64,000 nucleotides of DNA from Octopus sinensis (GCF_006345805.1 NC_043014.1:50344001-50408000), one strand, 5' to 3'. Shown: positions 41,986 through 56,150, numbered from the stretch's first letter. Notes: generated from the letters alone by a model not told the origin. Numbers and translations: made by a program.

Positions 41986-42349
41986 GTGCGAGAACATGTT
42001 TAAGTAATAGTTATTTTTGAAAAAATATGAAATACAGAGGGTAGTGGAGGAATGAAAACAGAAGTGAGATACGTAAGGATATATATATATACATATATAT
42101 AAGCGAAAAGATGCGAATGTTTTCATTCGAAATAAGATGTTACTACTGTTAATACCATCTGTAGTGAATATTTTTAATTGATAATATTAACAGCAGTAAA
42201 TATATATACACACACACATACGCACATGCTCAGGTACACGTATACATACACACACGCAAATATATACATACATATATAAACAAACTCGCACATATAGGGG
42301 TGTGTGCATATATATCTGTCTATGCATGTAACTATATATCTATCTATCA

Positions 42350-42386
<37 letters not shown>

Positions 42387-42464
42387 TTATTTATTTATAT
42401 ATATATATATACACATATATATATATATATGTATATACATATATATATACACAGACACCACACA

Positions 42465-42555
<91 letters not shown>

Positions 42556-43196
42556 CAATGTAAAACCAGAGCCAATGGTGGTTTAGTGATTTAATGATGG
42601 ACAATAGAGCAACGAAGCAGTGTACAATGTACAGTGTATTTACTACCCATTACAACATCCATCGATAGAGACACAATAACATGTCATACGATAAATATAC
42701 GCTAACGTATATGATAACACATAATAACATGCCCTACGGACGTCTGTTACAAAATTTCCACGTTACGAGTGGCTTTTTACTGTCAAAAGCAGCCAATGTC
42801 TGTTATTGAACCAACGTAAGCGAGGTCGAAGTTGAACACGCTTAAAAGCTGTCTTGACAGGTGAATTTATGATATCATGTCGTGGTCAAAGGTCTTAGAA
42901 ACGGCTACAATGGAAGATGATGTCAGAGAATTTGATTCTAAGCAGGAACAATGCTGTAAATCTAGCAGATAATCTCTTATATAATATAGTAATATATATT
43001 GCGTTAAGTGTGAGATTCGGTTTGAAAAGTAAAATTAATGCTGCGTTTAGTTTATTATAGTATATACACTAGGATTCGTTATTATGCACACACTATGCAA
43101 ATATCTAGCCAGTAAATTGAAGTTCAAATGGCTGAAAGTAGCAGCAAGATGTCCCTCAAATTTGTTCGTAAAGACTGATACGAAGAAATATAAAGG

Positions 43197-43694
43197 ACTA
43201 GCAGTATCGCCAGGCGTTGCTCGGGTTTGTAAGGGAAATAACTATATAAGCATTTTTAGAGAGTTATAGCCAAAAAATAGCAAAAACATGTATTAAAAAT
43301 GGTAAAAAAAAATGATGGTAAATTTTTTTTAAATCGTTGAATCATCGTATACATTTTTAGAGAGTTACTTCCCTTATATAATAACGAAAAAATGCATTAA
43401 AATGGAAAAAAATGATGGTAAATTTTTTTTTTAAATCGTTGACTCATCGTAGATATTTTTAGAGAGTTACTTCCCTTATAATTATAAAAATGCATTAAAA
43501 TGGAAAAAATGATGGTAAATTATTTTTTAAATCGTAGACTCATCGTAGACGCGCGCTAATACCCAGAAGGGCTCGATATGAATCACGACTATAAGATACC
43601 CGCTTTTGGTTACACTGCGCCGCAAAATGTGGGAGTAGTTAGTAATCTAAATCGTAGGGGACAGACACACAACTTGACTTTTATATATAAAGAT
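43197..43694 (+). mobile_element. Non-autonomous Helitron/Helentron-like element with an internal ~100-bp tandem repeat
   Basis: Starts ACTAGCAGTATCGCCAGGCGTTGCTCGGG (CTAG plus a short hairpin) and ends GACAGACACAC...TTTTATATATAAAGAT. ATGATGGTAAAT recurs at 43312, 43412 and 43509. Confidence 0.6.
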
Positions 43695-43829
43695 ATACAG
43701 GGGCGTTAGAAAGACGGGACTCTCTCTGTGCCAATCTTTTTAAAAATCTCGTATTTGAACATTACAAATTGACCCCAGACCATATACACACACATATATA
43801 TAGTTTATTTTATTTTTATTTATGTGCCC

Positions 43830-44185
43830 TTTTCAAGCCTAGCCAGGCTCATGGGCCCGGTTTCCCAGTTTTTATGTAGTATGTGTTCCCTCCATCGCCA
43901 GTCCATCGCAGCGTTACCAAAGAAATAGGAGAGAAAGAGTAAAAGAAAGTTGGGGCGAAAGAGTAAAACAGGGGTCGCCACTTTTATTCTTTTAGTTGTT
44001 TAAGTCATTTGTCTGCGGTCATGCTGAAGCAGCGCCTTTAGTCGAACAAATCGACCCCATGACTTATTTTTTTGTAAGCCTAGTACTACTCTGTCGGTCT
44101 ATTTTTCCGAACCGCTAATTTACGGGGACGTAAACACGCCAACATCGGTTATCAAGAGGTGGAGGTGGGGGACAAACACTGACGC
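43830..44185 (-). mobile_element. SINE group C tail Y fragment plus group B 3' half
   Basis: GCCTAGCCAGGCTCATGGGCCCGG at ~43838; group B half at 43985-44180. Confidence 0.75.
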
Positions 44186-44187
44186 AG

Positions 44188-44262
<75 letters not shown>

Positions 44263-44471
44263 GAGAGATTATAAAGTTAATCGTATGCTCATACTTGCAC
44301 ACAGTTTCACGCGTACAAACACACACACATACGCACTCACACATATACACACACACATATATATATATATATAAATCTATATATATACATATATATATAT
44401 ATATGTATATATATGTGTATATATATATATGTATATATGTATATATATGTGTGTATATATATATATGTATT

Positions 44472-44547
<76 letters not shown>

Positions 44548-45319
44548 ATATATATACATACATATATATATATTATATATATATATATACATATATATAT
44601 ATACCATCAGTGGCGATGCCGGGTTTTTGGAGACACCTTCTTTGTAAACGTTGAAAGGAGAGAAATTTATGAAAGACACCAAAGATCTACATTGTCTAAA
44701 CTTCATGTGTGTTTGAGCGTGTGCGTGTGCGTGCATGCGTATGTGTTTGTTTATGTGTGCATGTGATAGAATGCTTGTCTGTGTGTGTGTATGTGCATGT
44801 GATAGATAGACATACAGACAGACAAACAGACAGACAGGAACATTTGAATCGAATTTTATGTCCACATAAATAATATATAATCCATAGATCCGCCTTCCAG
44901 GAAATTTCTCGATTAACATAATACACAACATTTTTCTTCAAATGTTACCAATAATATCTATTTATTTTTTGAAAAGTTCAAGGAATTTTATTACTTTCGT
45001 TACGAAGTCGTAACACGTAAGATTTCAGGTGATTAAGGTACTTTGAGATTTTGTGACGAAATACACTGAAAAATATTAAATATACGCTTAAAACTGAGTG
45101 ATACAAAAGCAAATAAATAATATAATACTAATTGCTAACGCTGGTTGAATTGGACTAAAACCAGCACGTTCTAAGAAACGTTTGATTGTAGTTCGCGGAG
45201 AGAGTTAAAGAATTTTTCATTGAAAAGCGGAATTGAATTCAATGAAACGTAACAAGGCTGTCTTAGAGGAAATTTTATTGAGTAAGATTGTAAAATAGTC
45301 GGAGGTCTTGTTGTTTTCT

Positions 45320-45735
45320 TTTACATGTTTCAGCTATTTGGCAGCGGCCATGCTGGAGGTCCACGTTTGATCGACCCCTAGTACTTATTCTATTGGTCTC
45401 TATTCTTTTCTACTCTAGGCACAAGGCCCGAAATTTTGGAGGAGGGGGACCTGTTGATTAGATCGACTCCAGTACGCAACTGGTACTTAGTTTATCGACC
45501 CCGAAAGGATGAAAGGCGGAATTTGAACTCGAATTCGACCTCGGCGGAATTTGAACTCGGAACGTAAAGACAGACGAAATACCGCTAAGCATTTCGCCCG
45601 GTGTGCTAAAGTTTCTGCCAGCTCGCAGCCTTCTATCGGTCTCGATTGCCGAACCGCTAATGTTAAGGGGACATAAACACACACCGAAATCGGTTGTCAA
45701 GCAATGGTCGGTAGGGGACAAGCACAGACACATAA
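45320..45735 (-). mobile_element. Nested group B and group A SINE fragments
   Basis: Group A body at ~45410-45625 (with a duplicated GGCGGAATTTGAACTCG) lies between two group B pieces. Confidence 0.75.
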
Positions 45736-46636
45736 ACCTACAAACACACACACATACACTCAGAGAAACACACACACACACAAGCACATACTCACTCTCT
45801 CTCCCTCTCACACACACATATACACATATCCATATATTTATGGCTGGCTGGTAGAGACACCTTATTTCCTTTTGCACTATATCAGATATAAGTTAATACT
45901 GTGCCCCACCTTTTGTGTTAACAGTGCGATTTAATCACGTTTTAACTTACCTCTACAGACTTTCTATATAATTTTCAGCCAGCTTTGAAATTTTTGCAAC
46001 AGTCCGTGTACGAATAAGTCTAAGTAAACAATGCGATCAGAGATAGAAAACATATCCTTATGGATAAACGAATATACTGCATAATAGAAACGAACGCCAT
46101 GACCACACGGAACGTAACAACAATCTTTTTAAGAACCAACAATCCAACACCATAACACCAACTTTGAACTATAAACACACAAACTGTGGAACAATCATGA
46201 TCTATCTCACTTACTGAGAGCGCAACTGTTTATATGTAGTGGTCTAGTCCATTCACACCAGGGGGCGTCCTACTCTTGCACAACAATAGGAAACGAGTAT
46301 GTATGTATGTATATTTCAGGAGTTTACCTAGACATATTCGTATACGAAACGCTGTGACTTTCAGTGCCAACTTTAAATTCAATAGAGCATCTGCAAAGAT
46401 AACATAAGATGTAATTGAATCGCACTGCCAACATGAAAGGTAGGACAAAGTATTGAATTGTAAACTTCAATATAATTCATAGAAAATTACGGTTGCAAAG
46501 CGAAATACGGTGTCACTACCAGCAATTAAAATGTACGTACCAATTACAAGGAATGTAGTAACAGGTATATCCAATAGTGTTAGACCGCTAAATTTCGTGG
46601 TAATATAAGCTATGTGTTTGTAGATTGTTAATGGTT

Positions 46637-46687
46637 GGATGTGGTGCTGACGAAAGAGTAATGATCTCTGAAACGTTTATATACACC
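46637..46687 (+). ncRNA. Minimal type I hammerhead-like motif HH4
   Basis: GGATGTGGTG-CTGACGA-A-AGAG(TAATGAT)CTCT-GAAA-CGT-T-TATATACACC. Intact core, 4-bp helix II, palindromic ACGT, bulged helix I with G-U pairs. Confidence 0.65.
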
Positions 46688-46799
46688 GATTACCTCTTTT
46701 TCTATCTTCAATTGCATTGTTTCCATAGACGTATTCGCATACAAAACGTCGTACCTATCACTGCTATATCTAACTCCTATGGAACATCTGTTGAGAAGA

Positions 46800-47230
46800 G
46801 GTACTGGTAGAATGTCCCAGTGAAAACCTCAATAAGATGTAAACACACAATAGACCTGATATAATGATTCGGGATACAGAAGAGAAATTGTGTACACTTG
46901 TGGAAATCAGCTGTCCAGCGGATGGTAGGAGATCAGAGAAAAAGAGAAAACCTACGCTGAACTATTGAGAAATCTGCAGTTACTCTATCCAGATTACAAG
47001 TTCAGGGTTATACCTGTAAACTTTAGAGCACTAGGATATGTAGCATACTGCATAAATCTTGGAAAACTAGGCTTTTCAAAACCAGAAACGAGAAAGCTGG
47101 TTCGTAGACTACAGATCTTCACTGGAACTATAAATATCTGCACAAGTTTCCAGAGATTTATCATTTAAGTATATACGAGTATGTCAAGATATGCAAATAT
47201 ATGCAAGAGGAAACATACATCAAACAAAAT
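46800..47230 (+). mobile_element. R4/Dong-like LINE endonuclease and C-terminal fragment
   Basis: NRPDIMIRD...LVEISCPAD...EKEKTYAELLRNLQLLYPDYKFRVIPV.FRALG fits the PD-(D/E)xK restriction-like endonuclease; frameshifted. Confidence 0.8.
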
Positions 47231-48981
47231 ATACAAAATTGCAAGTATACATGCTTACAGGCAAAAATACCTTATTGATGTTGCTGGAATTCCAATGAAG
47301 GATCCTTGGATTTAGTGCAGGAAACGAGTTTTTCTCTATTGGCAAGAAATTTTGAAATAAAACTGAATAATGGTATACATACATACAAACAAAGACACAG
47401 ACACACACACACACACACATACACACACACACATACACACACACATATATATAAACATATATATATATAATTATACGTATATATATATATATGTGTGTGT
47501 GTGCGTATATCTGTATATGAATTTATATATTATATATTAATTGTATGGGGTTAATCTATATTTTTGTTATTTTCCATTTGTCCTGCTTGCTTACGTTCTT
47601 AGTGTGCTAAATTTTTCTTGAGAACACTTCTTAGTGGTTGAGACCCTTACGGATCTATCTCTAGCGTAAGAGCGTCCACATAGTGGATTCTCCCTCATTG
47701 TGTATTAATAATATTTACTGAATCTCAGTCTTTTATGCGCTAGACCACTGGTGTTTAAATTGATGTTATTAAATTAATATCCACTTTTTTAACCCTCACT
47801 TTGACTTTGATTATAAAATATATATATATATATACAGATATACAGATATAAATGTGCGTGTGGCGTGTATACTGTATATAGATATACACGTGCACACGAA
47901 AGTAGATAGGAAAGTTAGAGCACGGAAGACATAAGCGATGTATATGGCCGATACTTTATTTATATAATAATATATACATAAAATTTTTATTATTTTATAT
48001 AAGTTAGAAGAACAATGAGGGCCACCTATCTCCAAAAGATTCATGAGAAAAGAAATGATGGCATTATTAAAAATTTGATGTATATCACAATGAAAAACCT
48101 TTCAGGAATAGAAGAGAAAGTGTTTAATTTATTCATTAGCTTTAAATATTTATTGAAAACATCACAGAAATTTAATGGAATTTGAATGAGGATTTGTGAT
48201 ACTTTATAATTGAAGAGATCTTGTCTCTCTATGGCGATAATGATAAAAGGATTGAAAATACTAACACAGGTCGTGTGTGTATCGGATGATGTGTCTGTGG
48301 TTATATGCACAGATTTGATTCTGTTGGTGAATGAATGTGCGTAGGCCATGTATAAACACACGCACGTGAGTGCACTCGAATACCACTTAAAAGCAGATAT
48401 AATCTACACTTATAGTTATCGTGGGAAGAAGAAATCACGCAAACCCAACGGAATGCACTTAGATTCCCTCTCTTACAATACTACCACACATACACTTACA
48501 CACACATAGTCACACATACAAATGTGCATAAAAATAAACACACACACACATACATACACATGTACCTAGACGCTCTCAAACTGCTTGAGAAGTACAATTA
48601 CACTAACAAAATCCAGCAGAATCGTTTTGACACAGCATGACCCACCTGGAGCAACAAGAGCAGACCTAGAATGAAAAGGAAAATGGCGACGAAAGGACTC
48701 TGACAAACCAAGTATTGATTGATGGGTTGCTTAAAGAAATTAGTGAAACAGACAATCAGTTAATTGCTTAATTAGTTAATTATTCAACTAATAAGAATCG
48801 CAAAAAATATGTGAAACGCAATCAATGCAGGTGTTTTTTGTTGACAAAACTCGCCCTTGAAATCATCAAGAATAATCAACACCAGATATTTGAGGTGTGT
48901 GTGTATGTGTGTATATGTAGGTGTGCATTTATGTGTATGAGTGTGAGTGTGCGTGTGTAGTGTGTAGATATAATATATATC

Positions 48982-49016
<35 letters not shown>

Positions 49017-49383
49017 ATATATAATATATAATATTAGGGAGTATGACTCCAAATTTACAGGGAAAAATTAGATTTAGAATTAAATCAAAGTTCACAGTAT
49101 AAATACATAGAATATGAATTATATAAATGTAAATTGTATTGGTTTATGTCTATCACTGTTTGAGTTGCTTAATAGTGATTTTATCTGTAATTCATATTTT
49201 ATAAATATATATATATAATTGCCCCAGCATGGCCACAGCTCATGAGCTGAAACTAGAATCAATCAATCAATCATATATATAGGCAACTAGGAAATTAAAA
49301 GTAACAAATAACAAAACAACAGGACGTACGTATGGTATATACGTACTTAATGCACAGTATGCGACGGACAAATTTGTGGGTTT

Positions 49384-49418
49384 ATAACGTTTCGAGCATA
49401 TGGTTCTTTGTCAGAAAG
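49384..49418 (-). ncRNA. Degenerate hammerhead-like relic HH5 (same family as HH2)
   Basis: Minus strand CTTT-CTGACAA-A-GAAC(CATAT)GCTC-GAAA-CGT-T-ATA; G8A in the core and a mismatched helix II. Confidence 0.45.
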
Positions 49419-49451
49419 TGAAGAAAAACGTTTTTGAGAATATATATAGAT

Positions 49452-49482
<31 letters not shown>

Positions 49483-49675
49483 TATATATGATCTGGTTCA
49501 AGCTTATTTGACTCTAAGTCTCTACAGATAAGCATGAGTTTTTTTATCTTTTGTTCTGAAGTCAATTTTGAATATCTCTTTGAATATTATAAGTAAAACA
49601 TTCACACAGAGATATTTAAGCACACCTCCTCACAAATACATTCACACATATATAAATCTATATTTATGTGCAAAG

Positions 49676-49713
<38 letters not shown>

Positions 49714-50249
49714 TATATATATATCATATATATATATACAAATGCAATAGAGGGCATTAAAACGTTCGGACAGATAGACGATACAAAGGGGACAAGGCAG
49801 ACGACAATTAGAAGGACAGACGAATAAGAAATGTCATTCTTGGCTTTCTTTCTTCAGTCAAGTACCAGAAGTCACGACCATTTCGGACATGAATAAGTAC
49901 AAAAATGTGAAATAAGGTGGAAATAATAGCTCTCGAATACCGGAGGTAGAGTAATATCCTTTGTTAAGAAAACTGCAAAGACATCACAACCACTGTTATT
50001 CAGAGTTACACCTTCCAGTTCGTAGGACAGTTTTGTAACCAAAACGTTCGACGAACGGGAAAGTGGAACTCTGAGTAACGGTCTTGCGATGTCTCTGCAG
50101 CTTGTTAATAAAGTATATATTTGTGTGTGTGTGTGTGTGTGTACGTATGTGTGCGTATGTACACACATACGTAGAGGTGGATACATAGCTAGATGAATTT
50201 ATATCTATCTCTATACGGAAGAATAGATAGGTAAATAGATAGAGAGCCA

Positions 50250-50272
50250 GATATATAGACAGACAGACAGAC

Positions 50273-50328
<56 letters not shown>

Positions 50329-50500
50329 GATAGATAGATAGATGATAGATAGATAGATAGATAGATAGATATAGATGATCGATAGATAGATAGATAGGAT
50401 AGATGATAGATAGAGATAGATAATAGATAGATAGATAGATAATAGAAGATAGATCGGTTAGATAACAGACAGACAGATACTTGATATCATAGATCGAGAT

Positions 50501-50541
<41 letters not shown>

Positions 50542-50619
50542 GCAGATAGATAGATAGATAGAGTAGATAGCGAATAGATAGATAGATAGAGAGATAGATA
50601 GATAGAAAGATAGATAGAT

Positions 50620-50690
<71 letters not shown>
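50250..50690. repeat. (GATA)n array
   Basis: Direct; the IYLS ORF is an artefact. Confidence 0.95.
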
Positions 50691-51184
50691 CTCGTATTAA
50701 TATATTGAAAAGTTGCGAAGTGTGGCATTTGGGAATCAGTGTTTCCTATCACACGGACACCATATTATGTCTAATAAATATCTTTTTTCATGTGTAACTA
50801 TATTTATGACATTGTAGTCGATAAATTTCCATTGGATAGACATCGAAGCCGTTGTCTCGATTTCTCATGGGAAATTTAACGGCCAAGAGTGTAATACCGA
50901 AATAATTATTGCTCTTAAACGAGGAGTAGTTTGGAAATTCTTCTGCTAATTGTTGTCGTCAGATCATCGTTATTCTTCCACTCGACACAAAATTGAAACA
51001 CAATCTTCCTTTGTCTTTTAGGATATAAATCTTCGCATTGTTTCTTAGAATATATTGAAACTTTAATTATAATGATGTTGTTGTTGATATTTTTCTTGTT
51101 CATGTTGTGGGAGTAGTGGTTGTTCATAGCAGTCTGATACGGCACAACTTAAATAAACAAGAGTTAGTGTTGTATTAAGAGACA

Positions 51185-51270
<86 letters not shown>

Positions 51271-51485
51271 ATATATATATAATAGTTTAAGTAGCTGAAT
51301 GAATAATATGTTTAAGTAGTAGAAGACGGCTAATGCACCCTTTATTCTTCGGAATTAAGAATATGCAGTCTTCGAAACATATGTCGAGAATAAAGGAATT
51401 TTGTTAAATCGCCGTTCGACTCCATTCTTGCATTTATATATATATATATATATATACTTATATATGTGTGCGTGTATACGTATGT

Positions 51486-51525
<40 letters not shown>

Positions 51526-52245
51526 GGTGTGTATACATATATGTGTATGTATATATATATATATACGTATATATATATATATGTATATATATATATGTTT
51601 ATATATATGTATATATTCATATATCTATAAACCTACATATGCACACAAACTTACACACACATTAATAATAAATATAAATTCAACTGGTAGTTGACTTCAC
51701 ATTTCTTTACATATTATAGATAATATTTCCTTTTGCTAACAGGAAAAAAAAAAGAAAAACGCAAGGGACTGAACCCCTTTGGAATATACTGAGGATATCC
51801 GGATATATGAAAGCTACGTATCGCAGCAGCATTGACCTGGTTTAAACGTGTATGTTCATCAGGCGCCAATCGTGATTGGAGCTTGATGAATGTACGCATG
51901 TACGGGAAACTATTTGTAGCGCGAAAAGTACATGTATTTGAAATGCCTAGTAATATGTATGTGTATGTATATATAGTGTAACAAATTCAGGAAATGAATT
52001 CTTTCAAAAAGATGTATAAAACATCCAATTCACTGGTTCGTCGGTTGAATACCCCATAAATGAGTATAAAGCAAGTTAGAAACAATAAATTAAATAGAAA
52101 GATTCAATTGACTAGCCAATAATTTATTTATATTATAATATAACATATTATACTATGAATATAATACGATATAAGATAACATTAAAATATCATTAAAAAA
52201 CCAAAAGAGCCAACAATTTGTTTCGACATATATACATTATTTGAT

Positions 52246-52433
52246 TTATAAACGATTCAGATCAACTTATATAAATCACGTCAGAGCTTTGGTTTAAAGA
52301 CAGAAGAAATTCCATGTGAAAAGGTCGGCTGGAGTTTATTTTACAATCCAGCCGTCCTTTCACACGGAATTTCGTCCGTCTTTCAACAAAAGATCTGATG
52401 AGACTTATATAAGTTGATCTGAATCGTTTATAA
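52246..52433. repeat. 188-bp fold-back (88/87-bp arms, 13-nt loop)
   Basis: Outer 29 bp perfect; inner 59 bp have 10 mismatches and 1 gap (manual alignment). Confidence 0.9.
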
Positions 52434-52451
52434 TTCAAATACATCTGCGAG

Positions 52452-52614
52452 TACGAGTGGTTGTGTGGTAAGTAGCTTTCTTACCAACCACTTTTTTCCA
52501 GGTTTAATACCACTTCATGATACTGTGGGCAAGAAGCGTCTTCTGCTGTAGCCTTGGCCCGGCCAAACCCTTGTGAGTGGATTTGGTGAACGGAAGCAGG
52601 AAAGAAGTCCATCG

Positions 52615-52648
<34 letters not shown>

Positions 52649-52855
52649 TATATTTGTGCCTGTGTCTGTGTTTGTCCCCCCATCGCTTGACAACTGATGT
52701 TGGTGTGTTTATGTCCCCGTAACTTAGCGGTTCGACAAAAGGAGACCGATAGAATAAGTACTAGGCTTACAAAGAATAAGTCATGGAGTCAATGTGTTCT
52801 ACTAATGGGGGTGCTCCAGCATGGCTGCAGCAATATGGCTGAAACAAATAACAAA
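52452..52855 (+). mobile_element. SINE group B
   Basis: Full but diverged group B match. Confidence 0.85.
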
Positions 52856-52867
52856 TAAAAGGTTAAA

Positions 52868-52911
<44 letters not shown>

Positions 52912-52919
<8 letters not shown>

Positions 52920-53091
52920 AAAAAGGGACAGGCAACAGGTTGCTTGACCGCATACCGAAAAAAGAAATAGCAGTCAGAATGCTTATTTCTATCAAAGTGG
53001 GACTTTGATAGAAATAAGCATTCTTGACTGCTATTTCTATTTTTTCGGTATGCGGTCAAGCAACCTGTTGCCTGTCCCTTTTTCTTATATA
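52912..53091. mobile_element. ~180-bp almost perfect palindrome at the end of a (TA)n array; MITE or fold-back-like
   Basis: The arms differ only by a 1-nt and a 2-nt insertion; loop GGG at 52999-53001; TA at both ends. Confidence 0.85.
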
Positions 53092-53352
53092 CAATATATA
53101 TACTGAACTTTACAGAAGTTCCTGCCGGTAATCGGCTATATTTACATACCGAATTCTACCAGTAAATAATTGTGGTTTTTTTAAAAACCTTTATAGAAAT
53201 TATTTACTCTTATTATTATATATATATATATATAGATAACAGAATAAACTCACACCGACATATATATATATATATGTGTGTATATATCTATATATGCATA
53301 TATATATATATATATACATACATAGATGCACGCACACACACACACGCACAAA

Positions 53353-53388
<36 letters not shown>

Positions 53389-54134
53389 CAAGCATCTACC
53401 ACATAACTAAATATATGAAATGGTCAGGGGCGCATTCATTTTCATTAAAGAACAATTTAAACAGCATCTGTGAAAGTGACTGACTTAACGGTTAATAATC
53501 CGTTCTCAAGATGACAAGATCGTGGTTCGAATAGCCGCACCTTGATCTAGAACGAAATATCTAATTTCCCTTGTTCTGCGATCGCCTTCATATGTGAAGC
53601 GTGCGGCACATATGTGACGTACTTGTGCAGGCAATGTTGATTTCTTATACGGCACAAATAGTTCCTTAATATAATCAAAACAATGGCGCATATAGATTAG
53701 CAAGAAATTAAAAAAAAAACTCATTTGTCCTTTATGGGAAGAAATTTCACCTAACTTCACCACATACACAAGTTCACAAAATACCGGATAAGTTCACCGA
53801 TTACATAATGCTCACTACATATATAGGCAGCAGCATCAAGTTAACCACATATATAAACAGCAACTACCAATCACTAAACAGCGACTACAACCATTGAGAT
53901 ATCAACTAAACATCACCATTCTCTAAGAAGTCACCTACATCGAGAGATGTAGAAAATTAGTCGGGATATGTATATTATATTCTGAGATGATAAAATTACA
54001 TTTACGATGTTGCATTAATATACAATATATTATATAAATATTTTTGAATATTAATAATATAGAAATTATCTTTTAAATATTTCTGAAAAGTTATTATTAA
54101 AATAATATGTCTAGTGTCAAAATCAAAGATATCC

Positions 54135-54143
54135 GATCAGGTA

Positions 54144-54183
<40 letters not shown>

Positions 54184-54790
54184 TATAATATATATATATA
54201 TAATATCTATATATATATATTAATATATATATATACATAATATATATACTATATATATATACATATATATATATATAATATATACATAATATATATATAT
54301 ATATATATACGTGTATATATATTATATATATATATATGTATATATCTACATTAGATATACATATATATATATTATATATATACATACATACATACATTCA
54401 CGCATATATATGTATGCATATGTAATATATACTATATATATAACTATATTTATATATATATACCATTATATATATGCGTATACATGAATTTATGTGTACA
54501 TATATGTGTGTATATATGTATGTAGGTATGCATGGATTTATGTATGTGTAAGTTTTAAAATTATGTTTGTCTTTCATTTCCATACCATTGCATTCGTGTC
54601 CCTTCATTGAGATAATATCTTCTTACACACTTCAATAATTAATAAATTTGGTAAAATTTCAGAATCAATTTGTGTGTGTGCGTTTGTGTTTCTGTGTGTA
54701 TATATATCGACATCTGTATACGAATACACCAATGTATGTATATCTGTATGTACGATGTATGTATGTATATATACATATATATATATATAT

Positions 54791-54843
<53 letters not shown>

Positions 54844-54983
54844 TTATATATATATATATATATATATACAGATACTCAGACATATATATGTATCTATTTT
54901 TTATCTGTCCATATCTATCTCTTTTATATATAACATACACATATACAAATATGTATGTATATACATACACACACACACACATA

Positions 54984-55071
<88 letters not shown>

Positions 55072-55120
55072 GGAGGGAGAGATGTATACATGCATATACA
55101 CATATATACACACACAGACA
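54135..55120. repeat. Compound (TA)n-rich arrays
   Basis: Direct. Confidence 0.9.
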
Positions 55121-55949
55121 CACTTGTATATGAAATATACGAAAATGCGTTTCCCGGCGAAGTGATAAATATTATATCTTAATATATATTTAATCATATG
55201 TGATATTCACCAATATACCTATCTCTGTATAAACATATGTATATGTACTGTATACATACATACATACATACATTGGAATAGACATACATATAAACATACA
55301 TGATGCATATATGCATACATGCATACATTCATACGTACACATGTGTCTGTGTATTTGTGTATGTGTATTTGTGTCTGTGCATAGTTGGAAGATATTTATT
55401 AATAATATTTAGAACGCATTAAAGTAATTAACTAATATTATTCATCAAATGATCACAAATGGTATACTTATATGTGCTTGCTTGTCTCTCCTACTAAGTG
55501 TACGTGATTAACGTCCTCACACGTAGATATTTATTATATCATAATAGTTAAAATTGATTGCTCTGTTATTATTGCACATTTTAAGTCAAACCTTTCCATA
55601 CGCTATCTCGATGTTTTATTAATATTAACAGTGAAGAGAAAAGATTTCAGTACTACTTCCTGCGTTCGATTTGGACAATGACGTAAACCAATTTCTTATT
55701 GATCGTCTTAGTAAAACGTCAAACCTCGGGACATCAGGGAGGGAAACGGCTCTCCGTTCTCGTTCCACTTACGCTCGACTGGTCATTCTCTGCATTCTAT
55801 GTTTGAATTTTGATAGAGACCCCCCCCCAGCTCCACACTTCAGTCACTCACGTATTTAATTCTCTACCCATCTTTAGTTATCTCTCATTCCATATATATA
55901 TATATATATATATATGTGTTGTGTGTGTGTGTGTGTGTGTGTATGTATA

Positions 55950-56150
55950 CTCATTTATTTGTTTCAGTCATTTGACTGCGGCCATGCTGGAGCACCGCCT
56001 TTTAATCGAGCAACTCGACCCCCGGACTTATTCTTTTGTAAGCCCAGTACTTATTCTATCGGTCTCTTTTGCCGAACCGCTAAGTGACGGGGACGTAAAC
56101 ACACCAGCATCGGTTGTCAAGCAATTCTAGGGGGACAAACACAGACACAA

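Noticed and set aside
43250-43545. Regularly spaced ~100-bp repeats as a CRISPR-like array
   Set aside because: Eukaryotic context; the whole unit repeats with no unique spacers. It is a minisatellite inside a Helitron-like element.
49845-49870. Minus-strand CTGAAGA with AGAAA/TTTCT stem
   Set aside because: No GAAA after the stem.
52391-52430. CTGATGA followed by GACTT/AAGTT stem inside the 188-bp fold-back
   Set aside because: The next bases are GATC, not GAAA, and there is no helix I or III; not counted as a hammerhead.
53506-53769. Minus-strand ORF ELFVPYKKSTLPAQVRH...
   Set aside because: Short, with no recognisable domain and weak splice context.
55651-55859. Protein-like ORF LLPAFDLDNDVNQFLIDRL...
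   Set aside because: The acceptor lacks a polypyrimidine tract, there is no clear donor and no recognisable family.
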